A stretch of 64,000 nt of DNA from an uncultured Lentisphaeraceae bacterium (GTDB lineage Bacteria; Verrucomicrobiota; Kiritimatiellia; RFP12; UBA1067). How positions within the stretch are numbered: the stretch's first letter is position 1; every line of letters begins with the position of its first letter. A model generated the notes under the pieces. The model searched no databases, was not told where the DNA came from, and saw only the letters and a program-made list of their open reading frames with translations. The position numbers and the translations under genes were made by a program. Location: assembly GCA_964386865.1 (NCBI GenBank), contig CAYLUN010000004.1, forward strand, positions 28,123 through 92,122, given 5' to 3'. Positions 26,561 to 35,720 of this stretch are shown one piece after another.

Positions 26561-27340
26561 ATGGAAACGAACAAGCGCAAGGTGCTGTTGGTGGACGACG
26601 ATCCGAGCCTGCTCGGAACGCTGAGCGACTTTCTGGGGTTCGAGGGATACGAGGTGCTGTGTGCGTCGAGCGGCGAGGACGCCCTGATCAAGATGCGCCC
26701 GTTCCAGCCCGACCTGATCATTCTCGACATGGGCATGCCGGGCATGGGCGGCATGGGCTTTCTGGATCGCATCACGAACCCCGACGGCAGCACGCTCGCC
26801 CCCGTGCTGGTGCTCACGGCGCGGGCCTCGATGGCCGAGTTCTTTGCAGACAAGCAGATCGCGGGCTTTATCTCGAAGCCGTGCGACCCCGCCGACCTGC
26901 TGATGGAGGTGGGCCGCATCCTCTTCATGACCGCCTCCGAGGGGTATCACAAGGCCGCGCCCAAGGCGTCGCGCCGGCTCGTGGTGGCCGACGGCGACCC
27001 CACGCTGCGCGTGAAGCTTCAGGTGGAGTTCACCAGCGCGGGGTTTGATGTCGCGGCGGTGGCTTCCGGCCCCGAGGCGCTCGAAGCCAGCGTCACGTTC
27101 AAGCCGGACGCCGTCGTCATGCGGCTGGAGCTGGACGGGATGAGCGCGGACGAGGTGGTGGCCATGCTGCGGCGCCTGCCGCACACGCGCGACACCAAGG
27201 CTGTCGTGTACGGCATGGATCTGCCGGAGGCGCACCTGGAGCACGTGGCCAACCTGAACATACCCCCGAACTGCATGCTCAAGGATCTCACGGTCAACAC
27301 GATCATCGACCGCACCATGGCCGTTACCGGCGGCGCATGA
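26561..27340 (+). CDS. output-less response regulator: canonical receiver plus a second receiver-like domain lacking the acceptor Asp
   Basis: REC1: VLLVDDD, LIILDMGMPG, VLVLTA, FISKP. REC2: VVADGD, but AVVMRLELDG has Arg at the acceptor position. Confidence 0.85.
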   Translation: METNKRKVLLVDDDPSLLGTLSDFLGFEGYEVLCASSGEDALIKMRPFQPDLIILDMGMPGMGGMGFLDRITNPDGSTLAPVLVLTARASMAEFFADKQIAGFISKPCDPADLLMEVGRILFMTASEGYHKAAPKASRRLVVADGDPTLRVKLQVEFTSAGFDVAAVASGPEALEASVTFKPDAVVMRLELDGMSADEVVAMLRRLPHTRDTKAVVYGMDLPEAHLEHVANLNIPPNCMLKDLTVNTIIDRTMAVTGGA

Positions 27341-27346
27341 GCCGGA

Positions 27347-27395
27347 GGTCAGAACTCAGAGGTCAGAGGTCAGGGGGCGGAGGTCGGAGATCGGC
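27347..27395. repeat. tandem heptad array, 7 units (GGTCAGA family)
   Basis: GGTCAGA ACTCAGA GGTCAGA GGTCAGG GGGCGGA GGTCGGA GATCGGC. It begins 7 nt after the upstream stop and lies upstream of nrdR. Confidence 0.9.
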
Positions 27396-27442
27396 GGGCC
27401 AACTGAAAGTCCCAGCTTCCTAACGATCAACGATTAACTTCT

Positions 27443-27892
27443 ATGAAGTGTCCCAAATGCGGTCATCTGGACGACAAGGTGCTGGACAGCCGGGCGGCGC
27501 GCGAGGGCGCATCGATCCGGCGGCGGCGGCAGTGCCTGGCCTGCGAGCACCGCTTCACGACCTATGAGGAGCTCGTTAAGGACGAGCTCCGGGTGGTCAA
27601 GCGCGACGGTCGTCGCGAGGAGTTTAGCCGGCTCAAGCTTGAGCGCGGGCTGCTGAGGGCCTGTGAGAAGCGCCCCATCAGCGCCGACCAGATCCACAAC
27701 TTGGTCGATCAGATCATCGAGGGCTTCGAGGGCGAGAGCGAGGTCACCTCCGAGCAGATCGGCCAGTCGGTCATGGCCCGGCTGCACCGCCTCGACGAGG
27801 TGGCCTACATCCGCTTCGCCTCGGTCTACCGCCGCTTCGCGGACGTCAACCAGTTTCTCAAGGCGGTCAAGGACGTGGTGGAGAAGAGCTGA
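27443..27892 (+). CDS. nrdR: transcriptional repressor NrdR (zinc ribbon plus ATP-cone)
   Basis: MKCPKCGHLDDKVLDSR…RRRRQCLACEHRFTTYE… is diagnostic. Confidence 0.95.
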   Translation: MKCPKCGHLDDKVLDSRAAREGASIRRRRQCLACEHRFTTYEELVKDELRVVKRDGRREEFSRLKLERGLLRACEKRPISADQIHNLVDQIIEGFEGESEVTSEQIGQSVMARLHRLDEVAYIRFASVYRRFADVNQFLKAVKDVVEKS

Positions 27893-27898
27893 GCCGCC

Positions 27899-28204
27899 AT
27901 GCACAAGCTCACCGTCTACATTCCCGAGTCGCATCTGGAGCCGGTCAAGGACGCGCTGTTTGCGGCCGGGGCCGGAACGTACGCAGCCTATGACCGGTGC
28001 TGCTGGCAGGTGCTGGGGCAGGGGCAGTTCCGGCCGCTCGCGGGCAGCGATCCGTTCCTCGGCCACGTCGGCGCCGTCGAGCGCGTCTCGGAGTATCGCG
28101 TCGAAATGATCTGCGGTGACGACCGCGTCGCGGCCGTCACCGCTGCGCTGCGCGCCGCGCACCCCTACGAGGAGCCCGCCTTCGACTTCGTGCGCGTGGC
28201 TTAG
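27899..28204 (+). CDS. small YqfO/NIF3-associated PII-like domain protein
   Basis: MHKLTVYIPESHLEPVKDALFAAGAG…YDRCCWQVLGQGQFRP…HPYEEPAFD matches the about-100-aa stand-alone family as I remember it. It starts 6 nt after nrdR. Confidence 0.65.
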   Translation: MHKLTVYIPESHLEPVKDALFAAGAGTYAAYDRCCWQVLGQGQFRPLAGSDPFLGHVGAVERVSEYRVEMICGDDRVAAVTAALRAAHPYEEPAFDFVRVA

Positions 28205-28286
28205 GTGTCTTAAGGCCTGACAACGGCGATAAACATCAAGTTGTTCTTGCCACGAAGACGCGACGAACACGAAGAAGCGCAAAGCC

Positions 28287-28844
28287 TTATTGTTCAGTGT
28301 ACGAGAGCGAGGCGGCGGCCTTGTCGTACTTGGCGATGGCGTCGCGGATGCACTCCAGCACGGCGCGCGACGAGATGGTGGCCGCGGTGATCGCGTCCAC
28401 GTCGCCGCCGTCCTTCTTCACCTTCCACGCGCCCTTGAGCGGCTTGCCCAGCAGCGGCTTCTTGAAGGCGTCGGACTCCATTTTTGTGCCGAGGCCCGGG
28501 GTTTCGTTCGCGACGAGCTTCTGGTAGTTCACCAGCCTGCCGTCCGCGCCGAGCCCGACCATGAGCACGACGTCGCCGCCGTAGCCGTTCTTGGAGCGGC
28601 CCTCGACGGCCACGGCCGCGAGCGAGCCGTCCTGCTTGGCCACAAAGAACGTGACGTCGCCGACGGTCTTCTTCTCCGGCGTCGCGACGCCCGCGGGCAG
28701 GACTTTGGCGGCGGCGCTGGCGGTGCGCAGCTCCAGGGCCTTGCTGATCGGGTCTTTGGTCACGCGGTACACCGCCGCGAGCAGCGCGGAGCTGGCCGCG
28801 CAGATGAGTGTCAGCACGAGGATGAGCTTGATGGTTTCTTTCAT
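28287..28844 (-). CDS. rnfG: Rnf electron-transport complex subunit G (FMN-binding)
   Basis: N-terminal membrane anchor. …GYGGDVVLMVGL… and …ETPGLG… are present, and the covalent-FMN site context is DAITAATISS. Confidence 0.9.
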   Translation of the reverse strand: MKETIKLILVLTLICAASSALLAAVYRVTKDPISKALELRTASAAAKVLPAGVATPEKKTVGDVTFFVAKQDGSLAAVAVEGRSKNGYGGDVVLMVGLGADGRLVNYQKLVANETPGLGTKMESDAFKKPLLGKPLKGAWKVKKDGGDVDAITAATISSRAVLECIRDAIAKYDKAAASLSYTEQ

Positions 28845-28870
28845 GGGGCCGCAGGTTGAGGCGTTTCCGT

Positions 28871-28894
28871 AGGGGCGAAAAATGTTTCGCCCTT
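28871..28894. repeat. junction hairpin (copy 1 of AGGGGCGAA…TTTCGCCCTTA)
   Basis: AGGGGCGAAA-AATG-TTTCGCCCTT lies in the rnfD-rnfG spacer and overlaps the rnfD stop codon. Confidence 0.8.
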
Positions 28895-29897
28895 ACCTTT
28901 TGGTTCCGAATACGCGGTGGCGGGTGGCGCGGTTGATGAGCGGGGTGAAGGCGTTCATGATGAGGATCGCGAAGCTGACGCCCTCGGGGTACGCGCCGGT
29001 CTTGACCGTGCGGATGAGCATGGTGATGACGCCGCAGCCGACGCCGAAGACCAGCATGCCGCCCTTGGTGACGGGCGAGGTGGTCAGGTCCGTGGCCATG
29101 AAGAAGGCGCCGAGGATCAGGCCGCCGGAGAGGAGGTGGAAGAGCGGCGGGATGGAGGTTGCGGGGGAGGCGGCGTGCAGGATCGCGGCGTAGGCGAGGG
29201 CCGTGAGCAGATAAGCCGCGGGGATGTGCCAGGTGATGACCTTGCGATACAGCAGGTAGGCCGCGCCGAGCAGGAGGGCCAGCGCGGAGGTCTCGCCGAT
29301 GCAGCCGTTCAGGTTGCCGACGAAGAAGTCGGCCAGCAGGTCGAGCTTGAAGAGCGGGAGGGCCGCGCCGGACTTGAGCGCCTCCTTGGCGAGGCCGAGC
29401 GGAGTGGCGGTGGTGGACGCGTCGACGGCGAGCTTCGCCGCGCAGGGCAGCACGCTCCACGTGGTCATCGCCCCGGTGAAGGAGATGAGCATGAAGGCGC
29501 GCCCCGCGAGCGCGGGGTTGAAGGGATTGTAGCCGATGCCGCCGTAGACCTGCTTGGCGATGGCGATGGCGAAGGCCGAGCCGGCCACCGCCATCCACGT
29601 GGGCAGCGCGGGAGGGAGGTTGAAGGCGAGCAGTACGCCGGTGACGGCGGCGCTGAGGTCGGAGAGCGTGCTGGCGCGGCGCATCGCCAGGCGGCAGAGC
29701 CACTCGGCGAGGAGGCAGGTGGCGACGCAGGCGGCGGTGAGGCGCAGCGCGTCGAGCCGGAAGAACCAGAGCGCGGCGAGCAGGGCGGGCGTGAGCGCGA
29801 TCAGCACGTCGAGCATGATGCGCTCGACCGACGCGCCGGAGTGCGCGTGCGGCGACGAGCTGACGATGTAGAGGTCGGCGGGCGGGGAGGGTTTCAT
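28893..29897 (-). CDS. rnfD: Rnf complex subunit D
   Basis: …SSSPHAHSG…, …GGIGYNPFNPALAGRAF…, …GETSALALLLG…. Start is ATG 29897 or GTG 29921. Confidence 0.9.
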   Translation of the reverse strand: MKPSPPADLYIVSSSPHAHSGASVERIMLDVLIALTPALLAALWFFRLDALRLTAACVATCLLAEWLCRLAMRRASTLSDLSAAVTGVLLAFNLPPALPTWMAVAGSAFAIAIAKQVYGGIGYNPFNPALAGRAFMLISFTGAMTTWSVLPCAAKLAVDASTTATPLGLAKEALKSGAALPLFKLDLLADFFVGNLNGCIGETSALALLLGAAYLLYRKVITWHIPAAYLLTALAYAAILHAASPATSIPPLFHLLSGGLILGAFFMATDLTTSPVTKGGMLVFGVGCGVITMLIRTVKTGAYPEGVSFAILIMNAFTPLINRATRHRVFGTKR

Positions 29898-29932
29898 GTT
29901 CAAGAGGTTGGAGAGGTTCACGGTTCAACGGT

Positions 29933-31300
29933 TCATGCAGGGGCGAACGTTCTTTCGCCCTTACGGTTTGCGGCGGCGCGCTTCGCCATAACGGCGGCCT
30001 TGCCGCGGCGCATGTGGTGGACCAGGGGGCGGTGGGCGGGGCAGACGTAGGCGCAGGAGCCGCACTCGATACAGTCCATCAGGGCGATCTGCTCGGCGCC
30101 CTCGATGTCGTCCGCCTCGACGCACTGGCTCAGCTCGGAGGGGATCAGGCGCATGGGGCAGGCGTCCACGCAGCGGCCGCAGGAGATGCAGGCCTGGGAG
30201 GTGTAGCCCGACACCCGGCCGGGCGAGAGCAGGAGCAGGCCGGAGGCGGTCTTGCCGGTCGGGACGGCGAGCGTGCCGACCGCGAAGCCCATCATGGGGC
30301 CTCCGGAGATGACCTTGGCGGGCCTGCCCTTGAAGCCGCCGCAGGCGGCCACGAGGTCGGCGTAGGGCGTGCCGCACGGGGCGAGCAGGTTGGCGGGGCG
30401 CTGGACGGCGTCGCCGGTGACCGAGATGACGCGGCGCACGAGCGGGCGGCCGTTGAGGATCGCGTCCCAGACGGCGAAGGCGGTGCCGACGTTTTCGACC
30501 ACGCAGCCGACGTCCATGGGCAGGCCGCCGCGGGGGACCTCGCGCCCGGTGACGGAGAAGATCTGCTGCTTCTCGGAGCCCTGCGGGTAGCTGGTGCGCA
30601 GGACGGCCACGGCGACGTCGCCGGCAACGCCTTGGAAGGCCTTCTCCAGCGCGGCGATGGCGTCGGGCTTGTTGTCTTCGACGGCGACGCGCAGGGCTTT
30701 GGCTCCGAGGATGCGGCGGATGATCTCCGCGCCTGTGCGGATCTGCTGCGCGTGCTCCACCATGAGGCGGTGGTCAGAGGTGAGATAGGGCTCGCACTCC
30801 GCGCCGTTGAGGATGACGGTGTCGATGGGCTTGTCGGCGGGAGGGGCGAGCTTGACGCGCGTGGGGAAGCCCGCGCCGCCCATGCCGACCACGCCGGCGT
30901 CGCCGATCTGGGCGAGGAGCGCCTTCCTGTCGGCAGCCGGCCAGTCCGCGAACCGGGGCAGCAGATCCCACTCGGCGGAGGGGTCGGTCTCGATAACGAC
31001 AGCGGCGCAGGGGCGGCCGGAGGCGGTGAGCGTGTCCTCGATCGCCGCGACCCTGCCTCCCGCTGGCGCGTGAACGGGCGCGGAGATGAAGCCGTTCGCC
31101 TCGCCGATGAGCTGGCCGGCCTTGACGGTGTCGCCGGCCTTGACCGCCGGCTTGGCTGGCGCGCCGAGGTGCTGCGCGAGCGGCACGGTCAGGCGCGCGG
31201 GCACCGGCAGCTCGCGGATGGCCGATCCGGAGGACAGCTCCTTGTAGTACGAGGGGTGGATGCCGCCGCGGAACGTGAAGGGTGATGGGGTGGTGTTCAT
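29933..31300 (-). CDS. rnfC: Rnf complex subunit C (NADH-binding, 2x[4Fe-4S])
   Basis: …GMGGAGFPT…, …ILNGAECEPYLT…, CISCGRCVDACP, CIECGSCAYVCP. Confidence 0.93.
   Translation of the reverse strand: MNTTPSPFTFRGGIHPSYYKELSSGSAIRELPVPARLTVPLAQHLGAPAKPAVKAGDTVKAGQLIGEANGFISAPVHAPAGGRVAAIEDTLTASGRPCAAVVIETDPSAEWDLLPRFADWPAADRKALLAQIGDAGVVGMGGAGFPTRVKLAPPADKPIDTVILNGAECEPYLTSDHRLMVEHAQQIRTGAEIIRRILGAKALRVAVEDNKPDAIAALEKAFQGVAGDVAVAVLRTSYPQGSEKQQIFSVTGREVPRGGLPMDVGCVVENVGTAFAVWDAILNGRPLVRRVISVTGDAVQRPANLLAPCGTPYADLVAACGGFKGRPAKVISGGPMMGFAVGTLAVPTGKTASGLLLLSPGRVSGYTSQACISCGRCVDACPMRLIPSELSQCVEADDIEGAEQIALMDCIECGSCAYVCPAHRPLVHHMRRGKAAVMAKRAAANRKGERTFAPA
29939..29962. repeat. junction hairpin (copy 2), inside the last codons of rnfC
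   Basis: AGGGGCGAA-CGTTCT-TTCGCCCTT. It shares AGGGGCGAA…TTTCGCCCTTAC with copy 1. Confidence 0.8.
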
Positions 31301-31303
31301 GAG

Positions 31304-31331
31304 AGGCTGTTAGTCGTTTAGGCTGTTAGAC
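31304..31331. repeat. short tandem repeat, 8-nt period (AGGCTGTT family), about 3.5 units
   Basis: AGGCTGTT AGTCGTTT AGGCTGTT AGAC in the rnfB-rnfC spacer. Confidence 0.75.
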
Positions 31332-31351
31332 CGGCGGCGCTGAAAACCTGC

Positions 31352-32137
31352 TCAGGCTTTGCGGATGCAGTGGGCGGGGCATGCGGCGAGGGCCTCCTCT
31401 CCGGCCAGGGGCTTGGCATAATCGACGACCGCGAGGAAACCGTCCATCGCGATCGCGCCGCCGGCGACTTGGGTGCACAGGCGGCAGCCGATACAGCCGG
31501 TGCCGCAGACCTTCTTGACGGCCGGGCCTTTGTCCTTGGAATGGCACAGCACGTGGATTTCGGCGGCGGCGGGGATGAGCGTGATGAGCGAGCGCGGGCA
31601 GGCGGCGACACATTTTCCGCAGGCGACGCAGCGGGTTTTGGCGACCTTCGCGAGCCCCTGCGAGATCGTGATGGCGCTGACGGGGCAGACGCGGGCGCAG
31701 GTGCCATAGCCGAGGCAGCCGTAGGTGCACCCTTTGTCGCCGCCCGCCGTGGCTTGCGCCGCCGCGCAGTCGGTGATGCCGTTGTAGGCGAAGCGCCGGA
31801 CGGCCTCGGTGTCGTCGCCGCAGCAGAGCACGAGTGCGGTGCGCTTTTCGGGCGCGCCGGCGGCCTTTCCGAGGAAGGCGGCGATGGCGTCGGCGCAGGC
31901 CGCGCCGCCGGGCGCGCAGAGGGCGCCGCTGGCGCCGCCCTGCACGACGGCGCGCGCGTAGTCGGCGCAGCCCGCGAAGCCGCAGCCGCCGCAGTTCGCG
32001 CCGGGCAGGAGTCCGGTCACGTGCGCGACGCGCGGGTCCTCGGGGATGCTGAGGTATTTGTCGGCGACGGCCAGCGCCGCTGCGCTGACGAGGCCGACGC
32101 CGCCGATGCAGAGGGTTGAGGTGGTGATGGGGTCCAT
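31352..32137 (-). CDS. rnfB: Rnf complex subunit B (polyferredoxin)
   Basis: N-terminal anchor, GANCGGCGFAGC, and several CxxCxxCxxxCP motifs. Confidence 0.9.
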   Translation of the reverse strand: MDPITTSTLCIGGVGLVSAAALAVADKYLSIPEDPRVAHVTGLLPGANCGGCGFAGCADYARAVVQGGASGALCAPGGAACADAIAAFLGKAAGAPEKRTALVLCCGDDTEAVRRFAYNGITDCAAAQATAGGDKGCTYGCLGYGTCARVCPVSAITISQGLAKVAKTRCVACGKCVAACPRSLITLIPAAAEIHVLCHSKDKGPAVKKVCGTGCIGCRLCTQVAGGAIAMDGFLAVVDYAKPLAGEEALAACPAHCIRKA

Positions 32138-32147
32138 GGGAGGTTTA

Positions 32148-32176
32148 TAGGCTGTAGGCTGTTAGACTGTGAGGTA
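32148..32176. repeat. short tandem repeat (TAGGCTG family), 2 perfect plus 2 degenerate units
   Basis: TAGGCTG TAGGCTG TTAGACTG TGAGGTA in the rnfA-rnfB spacer. Confidence 0.7.
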
Positions 32177-32187
32177 AGAACAGATGC

Positions 32188-32766
32188 CTACTTGACGAGT
32201 CCGCTGAAGCCCATGAAGGCGAGGCTCAGCAGGCCGGCGGTGACGAGCGAGATGGCCACGCCCCTGAAGCAGCGCGGCGGGTCGGCCCGCTCGATCCGCT
32301 CTCGGAGCCCGGTGAAGATCAGCAAGGCGAAGGCGAAGCCGACGGCGGCGGCGGTGCCGAAGAGGACCGACTTGATGAACCCGTAGCCCTCCTTCATGTT
32401 CAGCACGGCCACGCCGAGCACGGCGCAGTTGGTGGTGATGAGCGGCAGGTAGATGCCAAGCGCGGCGTGCAGCGGCGGGGCGAAGCGCTTCATCACGATG
32501 TCGATGAGCTGCACGAGCGCGGCAATGACGAGGATGAACGCCAGCGTCTGGAGGAACCGCTCGAGGCCCAGCGGCTCCAGAAGATACTTCTGCACGCACC
32601 ACGTGGCGGCCGAGGCGATGGCGATGACAAAGATCACGGCGCCGGACATGCCGAGCGCCGTAGAGATTCTCCGCGAGACGCCCAGAAAGGGGCAGATTCC
32701 GAGAAAGCGGCTGAGCACGAAGTTGTTGACGAGGATGGCGCTGACGATGAGGAGCAGGTATTCCAT
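32188..32766 (-). CDS. rnfA: Rnf complex subunit A
   Basis: MEYLLLIVSAILVNNFVLSRFLGICPFLGVS… is the typical RnfA/NqrE-family N-terminus (192 aa, about 6 TM). Confidence 0.9.
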   Translation of the reverse strand: MEYLLLIVSAILVNNFVLSRFLGICPFLGVSRRISTALGMSGAVIFVIAIASAATWCVQKYLLEPLGLERFLQTLAFILVIAALVQLIDIVMKRFAPPLHAALGIYLPLITTNCAVLGVAVLNMKEGYGFIKSVLFGTAAAVGFAFALLIFTGLRERIERADPPRCFRGVAISLVTAGLLSLAFMGFSGLVK

Positions 32767-33020
32767 GGCTGGGCCGTAGGCGTAAGGGGACTTGTAAAAT
32801 ACAGCAAAATAATACTACAGGGCGTCGGTCGCTTCAAGGTCTGCCGGGGCTTTTTCGCCCAGGGCGCGCGGGGCTCTCAGGCGGCCTGTTCGGGGGGCGC
32901 TTTTCCATTGCGGCGCGTGCTGAAAATCTGTAAACTGTCGCGCCAACTTTCGCAGCCCTCATGCCCGGAGCATGCGGCCGGCCGCAAAAGCCCTCAAACG
33001 ACAAGCACGGAGACGTCCAC

Positions 33021-34937
33021 ATGGCCTGCAAGAAGACCGCCAAATGCGCCTGTAGCTGCGCGACTGCCAAGAAACCTGTCCAGGTTGCCGCCACCGCCAA
33101 GCTTCCCACGACCCACGCGAACCTGATCGCTTGGGTGAACGAATTTAAGAAGCTGTGCCAGCCCAAGAGCGTGGTGTGGTGCGACGGCTCGAAGAAGGAG
33201 TACAGCGAGTTGTGTGACCAGCTGGTCAAAGCCGGCGTCTTCACGAAGCTGAACGCCAAGAAGCGCCCGGGCTGCTATCTGGCGCGCTCGCACGCGTCGG
33301 ACGTGGCGCGCGTCGAGGATCGCACGTACATCGCGACCAAGGCCCAGGAGGACGCGGGGCCGACCAACAACTGGATCGACCCGGCTGAGCTGAAGAAGAC
33401 CATGACCGGCCTCTACAAGGGCTGCATGAAGGGCCGCACGATGTACGTGATCCCGTTCTCGATGGGCCCGATCGGCTCGCCGATCGCCAAGATAGGCATC
33501 GAGCTAACCGACTCTCCGTACGTGGTGGTCAACATGCACATCATGACCCGCGTCGGCGGCAAGGTGCTCAAGCAGTTGGGCGCGAATGGCGAGTTCATCA
33601 AGTGCATGCACTCCATCGGGTCGCCGCTGAAGGCGGGGCAGAAGGATTCGACCTGGCCCTGTGCGCCGATCGAGAAGAAGTACATCGCCCACTTCCCCGA
33701 GACCAACGAGATCTGGTCGTTCGGCTCGGGCTACGGCGGCAACGCGCTGCTGGGCAAGAAGTGCCTGGCGCTGCGTATCGCCTCGAGCTTGGCGCGTAAA
33801 GAGGGCTGGCTGGCTGAGCACATGCTGATCCTCAAGCTCACCTCGCCCGAGAAGAAGGCCTATTACATCTCGGCTGCGTTCCCCAGCGCCTGCGGCAAGA
33901 CCAACCTCGCCATGATGGAGCCCAAGATCCCGGGCTGGACCGTCGAGACCATCGGCGACGATATCGCCTGGATGAAGATCGGCGCGGACGGCCGCCTGTA
34001 CGCGATCAACCCGGAGGCGGGCTTCTTCGGCGTGGCGCCGGGCACCTCGATGGACAGCAACCCCAACGCGATTCGCACCATCACGAAGAACACCATCTTC
34101 ACGAACTGCGCGCTCACCGACGACGGCGACATCTGGTGGGAGGGCATGGGCGGCGAGACGCCGAAGCACGCGATCGACTGGAAGGGCAACGACTGGGTGC
34201 CCGGCCAGCTGGACAAGGACGGAAAGAAGATTCTGGCCGCCCATCCGAACGCCCGCTTCACGGCGCCTGCGGCGCAGTGCCCCGTGATCGCCTCGGAGTG
34301 GGAAGATCCCGCAGGCGTGCCGATCGACGCGTTCCTGTTCGGCGGCCGCCGGCCGACGACCATCCCGCTCGTGAACCAGGCCAAGGACTGGACGCACGCG
34401 GTGTTCATGGGCTCGGCCGCCGGATCCGAGACCACCGCGGCCAACATCGGCGAAGTCGGCGTGGTCCGCCGCGACCCGATGGCCATGTTGCCGTTCTTCG
34501 GCTACAACGTGGCCGACTACCTGCTGCACTGGCTCACCATGCCGCTGCGCACGGATGCAGCCAAGCTTCCGAAGGTGTTTTTCACCAACTGGTTCCGCAA
34601 GGACGAAAAAGGCTTCATGTGGAACGGCTTTGGCGACAACGCGCGCGTGCTGAAGTGGGTCTGCGAGCGGATCGAGGGCAAGGGCAAGGCGCGGGAAACC
34701 GCGATCGGTTTCCTCCCTACGGCCGACGCCATCGACATGTCGGGCTACGTGGACAAGAGCCGCGACGAAGCCTGCCTGAAGGCCACGATGGAGGCGCTGC
34801 TCTCCGTCGACAAAGAAGGCTGGAAGAAGGAGATCGCGGCGGTCGCGGCCTCCTACGCGAAGTTCGGCGGCCGTCTGCCGTTTGCGCTGAAGGCCAAGCT
34901 GGCCGAGATCGAAAAGGCGCTGGACGCCGCGAAGTAA
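33021..34937 (+). CDS. pckG: phosphoenolpyruvate carboxykinase (GTP)
   Basis: …FSMGPIGSP…, …WLAEHMLIL…, …[14 protein letters not shown]…, …GDDIAWM…, …FGGRR…. ATG 33021 lies inside ORF 32961-34937. Confidence 0.95.
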   Translation: MACKKTAKCACSCATAKKPVQVAATAKLPTTHANLIAWVNEFKKLCQPKSVVWCDGSKKEYSELCDQLVKAGVFTKLNAKKRPGCYLARSHASDVARVEDRTYIATKAQEDAGPTNNWIDPAELKKTMTGLYKGCMKGRTMYVIPFSMGPIGSPIAKIGIELTDSPYVVVNMHIMTRVGGKVLKQLGANGEFIKCMHSIGSPLKAGQKDSTWPCAPIEKKYIAHFPETNEIWSFGSGYGGNALLGKKCLALRIASSLARKEGWLAEHMLILKLTSPEKKAYYISAAFPSACGKTNLAMMEPKIPGWTVETIGDDIAWMKIGADGRLYAINPEAGFFGVAPGTSMDSNPNAIRTITKNTIFTNCALTDDGDIWWEGMGGETPKHAIDWKGNDWVPGQLDKDGKKILAAHPNARFTAPAAQCPVIASEWEDPAGVPIDAFLFGGRRPTTIPLVNQAKDWTHAVFMGSAAGSETTAANIGEVGVVRRDPMAMLPFFGYNVADYLLHWLTMPLRTDAAKLPKVFFTNWFRKDEKGFMWNGFGDNARVLKWVCERIEGKGKARETAIGFLPTADAIDMSGYVDKSRDEACLKATMEALLSVDKEGWKKEIAAVAASYAKFGGRLPFALKAKLAEIEKALDAAK

Positions 34938-34956
34938 GCGTGCGACGTGTGAAATG

Positions 34957-34996
34957 AAAAGGGAGCCCGGAGCGAAAGCCCCGGGCTCCCTTTTTT
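34957..34996. terminator. bidirectional intrinsic terminator between convergent pckG and eda
   Basis: A 10-bp stem GGGAGCCCGG/CCGGGCTCCC is flanked by AAAA (5') and TTTTTT (3'). Confidence 0.85.
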
Positions 34997-35008
34997 GGGC
35001 TGACGGGA

Positions 35009-35653
35009 TCAGCCTCGCAGCGACTGGACGAGCGCGCACGCCTCGCGGCACCGCTGTGCGATTGCGTCCCAGCGCCCTTCGGCCAGGTCTTCCTTCTTGG
35101 CGATCCACGTGCCGCCCACGGCGGCCACGGTGTCGATTCTGAGATAGGAGGCGAGGTTTGCGGGCGTCGCGCCGCCGGTGGGCATAAACCTCACGCCGGT
35201 GTGCTTGTAGGGGGCGGAAAGCGCCTCCAGCAGCTTGGTGCCGCCGAGCGCCTCAGCCGGGAAGAACTTCAGCAGCTTGCAGCCAAGCTCGAGGCCGGCT
35301 TCGATGTCCGACGGGTTCGCGACGCCCGGCACAAAGGGCAGCTTCAGAGCCTGCGCGGCCAGCACGACGCGCGGGTTGAGCCCTGGCGCGACGGCGAAAC
35401 GGGCGCCCGCCGACACGGCGGTCTGGACAGTCTCGGGGCTTAGCACCGTGCCCGCGCCCACCAGCAGGGCCGGGCGCTCGCGAGCGAGGATCCGGATGAC
35501 CTCCGCCGCGGCGGCGGTGCGGAACGTGATTTCGACGACGGGCAGCCCTCCCTGGAGCAGCGCGTCCGCCAAAGGCAGGGCGTGCTCGACGTTGTCAATC
35601 GCGATGACCGGGACGACGCCCAGTTCGGCGACGCGCTCCATGACAGTAGCCAT
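35009..35653 (-). CDS. eda: KDPG / 4-hydroxy-2-oxoglutarate aldolase
   Basis: …VPVIAIDN…, …EITFRT…, …GAGTVL…, …KFFPAE…, …FMPTGG…. ATG 35653 follows AAGGAG. Confidence 0.9.
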   Translation of the reverse strand: MATVMERVAELGVVPVIAIDNVEHALPLADALLQGGLPVVEITFRTAAAAEVIRILARERPALLVGAGTVLSPETVQTAVSAGARFAVAPGLNPRVVLAAQALKLPFVPGVANPSDIEAGLELGCKLLKFFPAEALGGTKLLEALSAPYKHTGVRFMPTGGATPANLASYLRIDTVAAVGGTWIAKKEDLAEGRWDAIAQRCREACALVQSLRG

Positions 35654-35720
35654 AACGGGAACTCCTTCTCTCAGCGGGTTGGTGTGCGATGTAAGCATTT
35701 CGCCTGCCGTCGCGGACGTG

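Noticed and set aside
28294-29928. 544-aa minus-strand ORF spanning rnfG and rnfD in another frame
   Set aside because: It is extremely Arg/Pro/His-rich, whereas the RnfG and RnfD frames carry clear family motifs.
33021-33120. Cys-rich N-terminus of PEPCK ([19 protein letters not shown]…) as a possible separate feature or mis-set start
   Set aside because: There is no alternative in-frame start closer to the conserved …LIAWVNEF… region. The stretch is short and may simply be a lineage-specific extension. The evidence is too weak to report as a finding.
33504-35108. 534-aa ORF antisense to pckG
   Set aside because: It is a shadow ORF. GTP-PEPCK motifs are unambiguous on the + strand.
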